From: Akkermansia muciniphila
GTDB taxonomy: Bacteria; Verrucomicrobiota; Verrucomicrobiia; Limisphaerales; SIAT01
Assembly (NCBI GenBank): GCA_945860945.1
Contig: CAMASG010000004.1
Span: forward strand, 1 to 62,598
Reading direction: 5' to 3'
DNA: 62,598 nt
Below are positions 1 through 7,423 of this stretch, in pieces (position 1 is the stretch's first letter; each line of letters opens with the position of its first letter). The notes beneath the pieces are model-generated. The model was not told the origin of the DNA, searched no databases, and saw only the letters and a program-made list of their open reading frames with translations. The position numbers and the translations under genes are program-made.

Positions 1-2
1 GG

Positions 3-908
3 CCGGTGCTGATGCTTGGCGCGTGTCTGCCGGACGAAGTCGAGCGTGCCGTGCGCGACGACGTGATGCCGACGGTCTCGAGTTTGGCCGAGGCGAAAAT
101 GTTTTCTGCCGCCGCAATCCGACTGAAGCGCACCGTGAATGCGCATATCAAAGTGGACACGGGAATGGGTCGTCTCGGCGCGACGCCCGAGCAAGCGCGG
201 GAGTTAATCAAAGCGATCGGTCGGTTGCCAGGGTTGCGATTGGTTGGATTATACACGCATTACGCGGCGGTGGAGGACGACGCGGTGTTCTCTCGCGAGC
301 AACGGCAACGATTCAATCGTCTGCTAGCGCCACTGCTCAAAGCGGGACGTTCGATCGAGTATCTGCATGCGAACAACAGCGGCGCACTGCTGTTGGAGAA
401 GGCGACGATTTTCAACACCGTGCGGCCGGGGTTGGCGGTGTATGGCGTGGTGCCGCCGGGAAAGCGGCGGGTGGCCTCCGTGCTGAAGCGCCATTTGCGT
501 CCCGCGCTCGCGTGGAAATGTCGTGTGAGTTTGGTGAAGGAAGTGCCTGCAGGCACGCCGTTGAGTTACGGGCGGACGTTCATCGCGGCGCGGTCGATGC
601 GTGTGGTGACGCTCACGGCCGGTTACGGGGATGGTTATCTCCGTTCCGGAAGCGGTCGAGCGCAGGTGCTCATCGGCGGCAGGCTCTGTCCTGTTGTCGG
701 TCGCATCACGATGGATCAAATGCTGGTGGACGTCTCCGCGCTCAAGCGCGTGAGGGCGGGAGATGAAGCGGTTCTCATTGGTCGACAGGGGCGTAAAGCA
801 ATCACCGCGGCGCAGGTGGCGGAATGGGTGGGGACGATTCCGTGGGAGGTGCTCACGGCCATTACGTATCGCGTGCCGCGCGTGTATCTCGGCGGCCACG
901 CGGCGTAA
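3..908 (+). CDS. alr: Alanine racemase (5'-truncated by window edge)
   Basis: Motifs HIKVDTGMGRLG, HANNSG, VRPGLAVYG, GYGDGY, GRITMDQ, TIPWEVLT; frame is open to the window start and the N-terminal PLP-lysine motif is not in the window. Confidence 0.95.
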   Translation, partial: PVLMLGACLPDEVERAVRDDVMPTVSSLAEAKMFSAAAIRLKRTVNAHIKVDTGMGRLGATPEQARELIKAIGRLPGLRLVGLYTHYAAVEDDAVFSREQRQRFNRLLAPLLKAGRSIEYLHANNSGALLLEKATIFNTVRPGLAVYGVVPPGKRRVASVLKRHLRPALAWKCRVSLVKEVPAGTPLSYGRTFIAARSMRVVTLTAGYGDGYLRSGSGRAQVLIGGRLCPVVGRITMDQMLVDVSALKRVRAGDEAVLIGRQGRKAITAAQVAEWVGTIPWEVLTAITYRVPRVYLGGHAA

Positions 909-932
909 TTTAGATTTCCGCCGCGGCTGCGT

Positions 933-1595
933 TTACTTCGCAGAAGCCTTTTCCATCTTCAGCCGTTTGCGTTCGCGGAGGAATTCAAACACGCCAGGCA
1001 GGATGGAGATGATGATGATCATCAGAATGACGGTGGAGAATCGCTTCTTCACGAAGTCATGGCGGGCGAGGAAGTAGCCGAGCGGCACCAGCGTCACAGC
1101 CCAGATGATGCCGCCGAGGACATTGAAGGCCATGAAGCGGGGATAACTCATCTCTCCCACGCCAGCCACAAATGGCGCGAAGGTGCGTACGATGGGCACG
1201 AAGCGCGCGATGACGATGGTCTTCGCGCCGTAGCGTTCGTAGAACTTGTGAGTGCGGTCGAGGTATTCTTTTTTCACAACGCGCGGAAATTTCAAAGCGA
1301 GCTTGTGACCCGTGCTGCGGCCGATCCAGTAGTTCACCGTGTCACCGAGAATGGCGGCAACGGGAATGAGCACGAGCAACGCGGCGAGGTTCAATCCGTT
1401 CGGAATCGCGGCGAAGGTGCCGAGGGCGAAGAGCAGGGAATCGCCCGGCAGAAAAGGGGTCACCACCAAACCGGTTTCGCAGAAGATGACGAGGAAGACA
1501 ATCGCGTAGAACCACGGGCCGAAATCCTGGATGAGGCCGCCGAGATGGCGATCGAGATGGAGGACGATGTCGATGATTTGGAGGACGAGTTCCAT
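933..1595 (-). CDS. dedA: DedA family membrane protein
   Basis: C-terminal 220 aa of ORF 933..2489: MELVLQIIDIVLHLD...FCETGLVVTPFLPGDSLLF...GDTVNYWIG...ARFVPIVRTFAPFVAG; ATG at 1595. Confidence 0.92.
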   Translation of the reverse strand: MELVLQIIDIVLHLDRHLGGLIQDFGPWFYAIVFLVIFCETGLVVTPFLPGDSLLFALGTFAAIPNGLNLAALLVLIPVAAILGDTVNYWIGRSTGHKLALKFPRVVKKEYLDRTHKFYERYGAKTIVIARFVPIVRTFAPFVAGVGEMSYPRFMAFNVLGGIIWAVTLVPLGYFLARHDFVKKRFSTVILMIIIISILPGVFEFLRERKRLKMEKASAK

Positions 1596-1658
1596 CGCGC
1601 GAGACGGTGCGTGAGAAAGGCGTTGCGAGGCAAGGAAGATGTTGTCCACACTGCGCCG

Positions 1659-2690
1659 ATGAGAGCGGCTGTGCTGCATGGGAAAGAGGATGTGCGCGTC
1701 GAGCGCGTCCCCGTGCCGGCGCTGCGCGAGGGCGAGGTGCGTATCGCCATCGAGGCGGCTCTCACCTGTGGCACCGACCTGAAGGTCTTCAAGCGCGGTT
1801 ACCATGCGCGAATGATTGTGCCGCCGGCGGTCTTCGGTCACGAGTTGGCCGGTGTAATCAGCGAGGTGACTCCGCAAGCGCGCGATTGGCGCGTGGGCGA
1901 TCGCGTGGCGGTGGCAAACTCTGCGCCGTGCAGCGACTGCCGTTTCTGCCGCGGTGGGCAGGAGAATCTCTGCGATGATCTGCTTTTTCTGAACGGCGCG
2001 TATGCCGAATCCATCGCGGTGCCGTCGCGGTTGGTCGAAAAGAATTTGCTGCGTCTGAAACCCACGACGAATTTCCGCGCCGCGGCTTTGACCGAACCGC
2101 TCGGCTGCGTGGTGCAGGGTGTGGAGGATTGCAAGCTGCGCGCCGGTCAGCGCGTGCTCATCATCGGCGCGGGGCCGATTGGATTGATGTTCGTTGCATT
2201 GGCGAAGGAATCCGGTTGCGCGGTGAACGTGGTGGGTCGTGGCGAGAAGCGGCTGGCTACCGCGCGTAAGCTCGGCGCGAAACGGGTCATTGATGTAACC
2301 AATGGCGACGACGTGGTGAGCGCCGTGAAGACCGCAGTGTCGGAACCGTTCGATGTGGTGGTGGAGGCGGTCGGCAAGCCCGAGACGTGGGAAGCGGCTG
2401 TGAAGCTGGTCCGCAAAGGCGGCGTGGTGAATTTCTTCGGTGGCTGTCCGGCGGGCACGAGCATCACGCTCGACACGGGCCTGATCCACTATTCAAACTT
2501 GAGGCTGCTCGCGAGTTTTCATCACACCCCACGCACCATTCGCCGAGCACTGGAGTTGATTGAAGATGCCGTGATCCGTGCGGATGATTTCGTGGATGGC
2601 GAAGTGCTGCTGGCGGATCTGCCCGAATTATTCAAGGCGATGGCTAACGGGAGTCGCGCCGTAAAGACACTGGTGCGAGTGCGGATGTGA
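1659..2690 (+). CDS. Zinc-dependent alcohol/sugar-alcohol dehydrogenase (MDR family, Tdh/GutB-like)
   Basis: MRAAVLHG start at ATG 1659; CGTD, GHE, structural Zn CxxCxxC..C (CSDCRFCRGGQENLC), Rossmann GAGPIG. Confidence 0.9.
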   Translation: MRAAVLHGKEDVRVERVPVPALREGEVRIAIEAALTCGTDLKVFKRGYHARMIVPPAVFGHELAGVISEVTPQARDWRVGDRVAVANSAPCSDCRFCRGGQENLCDDLLFLNGAYAESIAVPSRLVEKNLLRLKPTTNFRAAALTEPLGCVVQGVEDCKLRAGQRVLIIGAGPIGLMFVALAKESGCAVNVVGRGEKRLATARKLGAKRVIDVTNGDDVVSAVKTAVSEPFDVVVEAVGKPETWEAAVKLVRKGGVVNFFGGCPAGTSITLDTGLIHYSNLRLLASFHHTPRTIRRALELIEDAVIRADDFVDGEVLLADLPELFKAMANGSRAVKTLVRVRM

Positions 2691-2724
2691 AGCTCGGAGG
2701 GAGCGTGTCAGCCGAAAAACAAAA

Positions 2725-3111
2725 CTACACGAGCGCGGAGAGGCGGCTATCGGACTGCTGTAGGATATTGGTCAACTGCTGGTAAGCGGTGCCGGCGGCG
2801 GATTGGAACTGACCGAATTCGGAGACGGTGCTCAGCGCATTGCTGCTGGCAGAGAGATCGGTCGAGAGACGGGAGGCAAAGGATTTGAGCGGATCGCTGT
2901 TTCCGAGGCTCGCGGCGGAAGCGGCGGCTTGCGCAGACATCTGCTGGAGCGCAGACATCGAGGGAGCAGAGCGTTGCTCGCTGATGGCTTGGGCTTGGGC
3001 GCGAGCATCAAGCTGCTTCGCGGAGGAAAGTTGCTGGGAGTTCTGGGAGCGCAAGCCACTGACGTGGCTGCTGTTCAAACGAACTAAATCTGAGTATCCA
3101 TCAACTCGCAT
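2725..3111 (-). CDS. Hypothetical 128-aa Ser/Gln/Ala-rich protein with flagellin-like termini
   Basis: ATG in the same TATG context as most genes here; AT-rich upstream region; LSSAKQL..AISEQ and AGTA/NILQQ words resemble flagellin N/C termini. Confidence 0.6.
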   Translation of the reverse strand: MRVDGYSDLVRLNSSHVSGLRSQNSQQLSSAKQLDARAQAQAISEQRSAPSMSALQQMSAQAAASAASLGNSDPLKSFASRLSTDLSASSNALSTVSEFGQFQSAAGTAYQQLTNILQQSDSRLSALV

Positions 3112-3291
3112 AGTACTTTGGTTGCTTGGCTTTCCTAGCTCTGATACTTCGGACGGCCTGCTGTCTACAGGAGGGCAGTGGATGATTCAAGGTAATTTTT
3201 ATTAATCATTCAAAAAACCTTTTCTGATTTAAATCGTGAAAGGACGAAACCGAGGTTTGTTGGTCGATGAAACGCGCCCGATAGTCTGGAA

Positions 3292-4290
3292 TCAGTGCGT
3301 CAGCAGGGAAAGGAGGTTCTCGCCGCTGGCGGTGAGAATCCATTTGCTTCCCTTCTTGAAAACGAGGCGTCGGCAGCCGGCGCGTTCGAACTCGGCTTGA
3401 TTCACGGAGAGAAGCTGCGATTTGCCCGTACCCTGAATCTCACTTGCTGCGCGGGGAATCAGCTCAAAAGGCACGCCGTTGTAGTTCAGCGCGATTTCGT
3501 AACCTGCGATTCCTTCCGTTTTGGCGCGGGGATTATCACGGACGAGAGCGGGGTGGCGCCGAAGCCACGGGAAATCCGTATCGCGGACAAAGACGCGGCA
3601 GAGCTCGGGTTGGCTGCGGACGTGTTCAAGCAGGCTGAACTTCGTGCCGAGACGTTGCTGCGCGAGGAGCAATTTACTGGGCGAGAGGCCGAGAAGGTTT
3701 TGGCCGTTCCAGTCACCGTGATCGTTGCGCTGGCCGGGGTGTTGAGCTTTGTACCATCCGGCGAAGCGGTCATTGACGAAGAGGTTGATCTCGAAATGGA
3801 GGTGCGCGCGCTCTTTGGATATCTGCTCGCGCGTGTTCGTGGTGCGTCCCATCACGCCGATGACCTCGCCGGATTGCACGGTGGCGCCAACTTTGAGACC
3901 GCTGGTAATCGAAGCGAGATGGGCGTAGAGCGTGTAAATCTCCAGCCCCTCAATCTGGTGGCGAAGGATGAGGTAGTTGCCGTAGTTCGAGAGCGACGGC
4001 TTGGCGTTGATGTAGGCGACGCTGCCGGCGGCGGCGGCGTGGACGGTATCGAGCGGTTCGGTGCGTTTGTCGCGCCGCAGGCAACGGATGTCGATGCCTT
4101 CGTGCATCTGCGCGCCACCGGTGCGGACGCAGCCGAAATCGCCGCTCGTCCACGGCTTGCCGACGGTGCCGACGAAGAATTTCTCCAACTGACTCACGTC
4201 GAGCAGGTGCCGGTTCGCGGTCGGGAACTGGAATGGTTGCGCGGCAGCGAGGAAGGGCAGGGCGGTGGCGAGCAGGAATGAGAGCTTCAT
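3292..4290 (-). CDS. M23 family metallopeptidase, secreted
   Basis: Signal peptide; HEGID (HxxxD), YAHL, HLHFEI (HxH) motifs; ATGA overlap with the upstream gene. Confidence 0.9.
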   Translation of the reverse strand: MKLSFLLATALPFLAAAQPFQFPTANRHLLDVSQLEKFFVGTVGKPWTSGDFGCVRTGGAQMHEGIDIRCLRRDKRTEPLDTVHAAAAGSVAYINAKPSLSNYGNYLILRHQIEGLEIYTLYAHLASITSGLKVGATVQSGEVIGVMGRTTNTREQISKERAHLHFEINLFVNDRFAGWYKAQHPGQRNDHGDWNGQNLLGLSPSKLLLAQQRLGTKFSLLEHVRSQPELCRVFVRDTDFPWLRRHPALVRDNPRAKTEGIAGYEIALNYNGVPFELIPRAASEIQGTGKSQLLSVNQAEFERAGCRRLVFKKGSKWILTASGENLLSLLTH

Positions 4291-4808
4291 TTTTTACGGA
4301 CGACGTCGAGGAGGTTGTTCAGGCCACTCACAATGCGCTCGGCTTCGGGTCGCGTGGCGTCCGGTGTGAAAATGATGATGCCGCTTTTTTCGGTGTTGAT
4401 GATCATCGGCGCAGCCAACCAGCGGGCTTCGGTGAAACGACTGCCGATGACGAGCCGCTTGTTGCGATGGGTGGTGGTGATGCTTTCGAACAGAGCGGTT
4501 CCAAAATCGTTGAACTTGACCCAGATGGCGAACCCGCCGTCACCGGTGTCCACCACTGCGGCGCGTTCAATATGGCTTTCGAAGATACACGGATCGAGGT
4601 CGATGGTGATGTACACGGGGCGCGTGCGACCGACGGCGGCGGTGCCGGTGCGACTCGAGTTCGATGCGTCGGACTTCGTTTCGAGGTGGAACTTGAACGT
4701 GCTGCCGCTCTTGTTGTTGCCTCGTGAAAGAGAATCACAACCGGTCGCAATCAAGAAGAGAACCGCGAGCAGCAGATTGATGTTGAACGGCGCGAAGCGA
4801 CCCCTCAT
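4287..4808 (-). CDS. Lipoprotein with SecDF P1-head-like domain
   Basis: Lipobox LIATGC; AIWVKFNDFGTALFESITTTHRNKRLVI...AAPMI resembles the SecD/SecF periplasmic head subdomain. Confidence 0.65.
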   Translation of the reverse strand: MRGRFAPFNINLLLAVLFLIATGCDSLSRGNNKSGSTFKFHLETKSDASNSSRTGTAAVGRTRPVYITIDLDPCIFESHIERAAVVDTGDGGFAIWVKFNDFGTALFESITTTHRNKRLVIGSRFTEARWLAAPMIINTEKSGIIIFTPDATRPEAERIVSGLNNLLDVVRKK

Positions 4809-4855
4809 AGTCCGCGGCCAGAAGAACGATTTGTTCCGACCTTGTAAAGAACCTT

Positions 4856-4957
4856 ATGGGCAAGCAATACAACAAAACCGAGAAACGTAAACGCCGTGTT
4901 AGCTATGTGAAGCGCAAGAAGGCCAGCATTGTGATCAAGAAGAAGAAAAAGGCCTGA
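4856..4957 (+). CDS. Small basic protein, 33 aa (MGKQYNKTEKRKRRVSYVKRKKASIVIKKKKKA)
   Basis: Translated by hand (below ORF-track cutoff); cttATG start context; directly followed by an intrinsic terminator; about half the residues are K/R. Confidence 0.75.
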   Translation: MGKQYNKTEKRKRRVSYVKRKKASIVIKKKKKA

Positions 4958-4973
4958 CGCCTCTCGCGTTTTC

Positions 4974-5000
4974 AAAGCCCGCCTCACGGCGGGCTTTTTT
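4974..5000 (+). terminator. Rho-independent terminator after the small basic ORF
   Basis: aaagcccgcc-tcac-ggcgggcttt stem-loop followed by T run. Confidence 0.9.
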
Positions 5001-5212
5001 GTTTTCAAGATCGATTGAGGAATCGTCGAGGTGCGTTGAGTTTTTTTGCGCGTGATGCGCGCTCAGTTATTCACCGCACCGTTTTCGAAGGCGTTTTCCG
5101 CAGCTTCAGTGATTCGTCAGAAGTGAATTTTAACCAATGGTGAAACCGTTTTTTTGAAGTTCTTAGAAAAGTTTAAGCGGTGTTCTTTGTGAGTAAGTGT
5201 GTGGACAAGATT

Positions 5213-5243
5213 TTGTGGGCGGATACAGAAAAACGACTATAAT
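5213..5243 (+). promoter_or_regulatory. Sigma70-type promoter for the large RNA
   Basis: Perfect TATAAT at 5238-5243; TTGTGG at 5213-5218 (19-bp spacer, suboptimal); AT-rich upstream sequence. Confidence 0.65.
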
Positions 5244-5249
5244 GATTAC

Positions 5250-5264
5250 GTTCTTTGAAAGAAC
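5250..5264 (+). promoter_or_regulatory. boxA-like antitermination motif within a 15-bp palindrome
   Basis: GTTCTTTGAAA matches the Firmicutes-type rrn boxA wording; GTTCTTT-G-AAAGAAC is a perfect 7-1-7 inverted repeat at the predicted TSS. Confidence 0.55.
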
Positions 5265-6082
5265 TGGAGCGACCGGCCGGAGTCAAAAGCCGAGGTTGGA
5301 AACTCCTAAGATAATCCCAGGTAACTGGGAAAAGGGCAGGTCAGGCTGATTGGCCTGCCCCCTCTAGGACGGTGTCGCGGACCGCAAGGTTCGAGGCGCA
5401 GGTCGGGAGGCAGAATTCACAGGTTCCGCTGGTGGCGTTCGCGCGCTGCCAGAACGCGAATCGGAACTGTGCGGCTAGGGACAATGAGAAGCTGTCCTCA
5501 GCCGAGTCAAGTAACCCAAGCTGGTTTCGGGCTTGGGCGAATCGCAGTCACCCTGAGGGTGAATGATTGCTACTGCGCATCAGCACGCGGCGGAGTGTTC
5601 CACCGTCTCCGGTCGGAGGCGGTTCGGCGAAAGACACCGAAAGGTGGACAAAGCCGGCACCCGCAGTGGGGAAGGCACGAGGGCTAGGCAAGCTCCGTGA
5701 AACTTTCCAGAACGTCGGCGATGCCCCGCAAGGGCACCGCTGGTTTGTGAGCCAAATGCAATCTGAGGGATAAGAGGCCAGACCCGTCGCACTGGGCCAA
5801 CGCCCCGCCAAAAGCGGGGGCCGTCCTGGTGCCAAGGGGTAGAGACGCGGATCGCAAGTCACAGGCGTGTCTCTACCGGGTTCGCGAGCCGGCGGCGCAA
5901 CCGCCAGCCCAAGCGAGCTGAGAGGCCCCACCCGAAATCCGGTCGCCGAAAGGTGCTGGACGGCCCTGCTATGAGGCCGATGACTCCGCTTGCCGTGGAG
6001 AATGGCGTCGGGAAGCTGGCGGCCTTTAAGGCGCCTAATGCCAGCAAGGGAAAGAGAGCGTGGCGCGCTCCCACACCCACTT

Positions 6083-6125
6083 TGTCCCCGTTCGGCCGCG
6101 AGGCTGGGCGGGGACATTCGTTTTG
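6083..6125 (+). terminator. Terminator-like hairpin closing the large RNA
   Basis: tgtccccgttcggcc-GCGA-ggctgggcggggaca (15-bp stem) followed by ttcgtttt. Confidence 0.7.
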
Positions 6126-6234
6126 CGGGGCAGCGGCCCATCTTCCGCGCGTGCGGCAGAAAAGGCTTGCCCAGTCCCGCTGTTCCGACAGAATCTCCGG
6201 GCTTAATTCGCAGCAACCTCAACCACCACACTTT

Positions 6235-7218
6235 ATGGGCCGCATCTACAATAACATCATCGAAACCGTCGGTCGCACTCCGCTCGTTCGACTGAACAAG
6301 GTCACCGAGGGGATTGACGCCACCGTCCTTCTCAAGTGCGAATTCTTCAACCCGCTCGGCAGCGTGAAGGACCGTATCGGTATGGCGATGATCGAGGACG
6401 CCGAGCGCAGTGGTATTCTCAAGAAGGACACCATCATCATCGAACCGACCAGCGGCAATACCGGCATCGCGCTCGCTTTCGTCGCCGCGGCGAAAGGATA
6501 CAAAATTATCCTCACGATGCCCGAGACGATGTCGCTCGAGCGCCGCACGCTTCTGGCGATGCTCGGCGCCAAGCTCGTTCTCACTCCTGGGCCCGAGGGA
6601 ATGAAGGGGGCCATTGCCAGAGCCATCGCGCTCGCGGCTGAGACTCCGAACTCGTGGATTCCGCAGCAGTTTGAGAATCCTGCCAACCCCGCCATCCACA
6701 TGAAGACCACGGCCGAGGAAATCTGGGACGATACCGACGGGAAGGTGGACATCTTCGTCGCGGCCGTCGGCACTGGCGGCACCATTACCGGCTGCACCGA
6801 GGCGCTCAAGCCGCGCAAGCCTTCCTTTCAAGCCATCGCCGTTGAACCGAAGGATTCGCCGGTCATTTCGCAGACGCTTGCCGGCGAAACGGTCAAGCCC
6901 GGCCCGCATAAAATCCAAGGCACCGGCGCCGGTTTCGTGCCGAAGAACCTTCACTTGAAAGACAGCGTCGGCAATCCTCAAATCGTCGAGTGCGTGCAGG
7001 TGAGTAACGATGACGCTTTCGCGATGGCTCGCCGCCTCGCCAAGGAAGAGGGTCTTCTCGTCGGCATTTCCACCGGCGCGAACGTCATCGCGGCGCTCGA
7101 GGTCGCCCGTCGTCCAGAGAACAAGGGCAAGACGATCGTGACCATCGCCTGTTCGACCGGCGAACGCTATCTTTCCACCGCGCTGGCTGCTGAGGCAAAA
7201 GCCGAGGTTGGCGGCTGA
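6235..7218 (+). CDS. cysK: Cysteine synthase A (O-acetylserine sulfhydrylase)
   Basis: tttATG start at 6235; [10 protein letters not shown] (PLP Lys), [39 protein letters not shown]. Confidence 0.96.
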   Translation: MGRIYNNIIETVGRTPLVRLNKVTEGIDATVLLKCEFFNPLGSVKDRIGMAMIEDAERSGILKKDTIIIEPTSGNTGIALAFVAAAKGYKIILTMPETMSLERRTLLAMLGAKLVLTPGPEGMKGAIARAIALAAETPNSWIPQQFENPANPAIHMKTTAEEIWDDTDGKVDIFVAAVGTGGTITGCTEALKPRKPSFQAIAVEPKDSPVISQTLAGETVKPGPHKIQGTGAGFVPKNLHLKDSVGNPQIVECVQVSNDDAFAMARRLAKEEGLLVGISTGANVIAALEVARRPENKGKTIVTIACSTGERYLSTALAAEAKAEVGG

Positions 7219-7236
7219 AAAAGCCGAAAATAAGTG

Positions 7237-7265
7237 TTGCGCGCGCCGCTTGTTTTGCTTAAACA
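7237..7265 (+). promoter_or_regulatory. Putative sigma70 promoter of rho
   Basis: TTGCGC-17bp-TAAACA, overlapped by an 11-bp hairpin (7245-7271). Confidence 0.4.
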
Positions 7266-7423
7266 GGCGGCGGTCCGAGGTCGTTTGACCGTTCTCAACG
7301 TTCGTAAAGTTCCGAAAGTTCAGGTCAGCGTTTTCAGAAGGGATGGCTTACACGTTCGCATTTGCGTGTCGTGAAATCAGCTTCCCAACGTTCCGCACAC
7401 ACGCACACAGGTAGAGTTAGATT

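Larger units (their letters stand above)
5250..6125 (+). ncRNA. Candidate large structured non-coding RNA (~875 nt)
   Basis: More than 20 consecutive stems with many G-U pairs valid only on the + strand; GNRA loops (GTAA 5321, GCAA 5384, GAAA 5639, GAAA 5948, GCGA 6098); CGCAA loops at 5383, 5727, 5853, 5896; no credible CDS; promoter upstream and terminator downstream. Confidence 0.8.

Noticed and set aside
933-2690. Fusion-length ORFs 933..2489 (-) and 1059..2690 (+)
   Set aside because: Each N-terminal extension is the antisense of the divergent neighbour; real starts are 1595 (dedA) and 1659 (dehydrogenase)
3112-3250. Sigma28 (FliA) promoter for the flagellin-like orphan
   Set aside because: Only a loose TCCGAAGT word without a correctly spaced TAAA -35; not supportable
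4805-5008. 67-aa minus-strand ORF MKTKKPAVRR...
   Set aside because: Antisense shadow of the 33-aa basic ORF and its terminator, which have the proper start context and terminator orientation
5761-5840. SAM-I-riboswitch-like words (ATAAGAG...GCCAAC...GGTGCCAA) upstream of cysK
   Set aside because: The conserved AUC and GCAACC elements are altered, no P1 helix is evident, the site is about 400 nt and a terminator away from cysK, and it is embedded in a much larger structure; a cmsearch would settle it
5250-6125. RNase P RNA, tmRNA, rRNA fragment, or group I/II intron identity for the large RNA
   Set aside because: No GAGGAAAGUCC or AAACAGAA-type P4 strands, no tRNA-like GGGG...CCA ends, no recognisable 16S/23S sequence, no group II domain V or GUGCG start, no group I R/S elements, and no interrupted host gene
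5372-6234. ORFs overlapping the structured region (5372..5566, 5469..5687, 5567..5773, N-terminal extension of 5953..7218)
   Set aside because: No motifs or typical start context; explained as chance open frames in GC-rich structured RNA; cysK homology starts at ATG 6235
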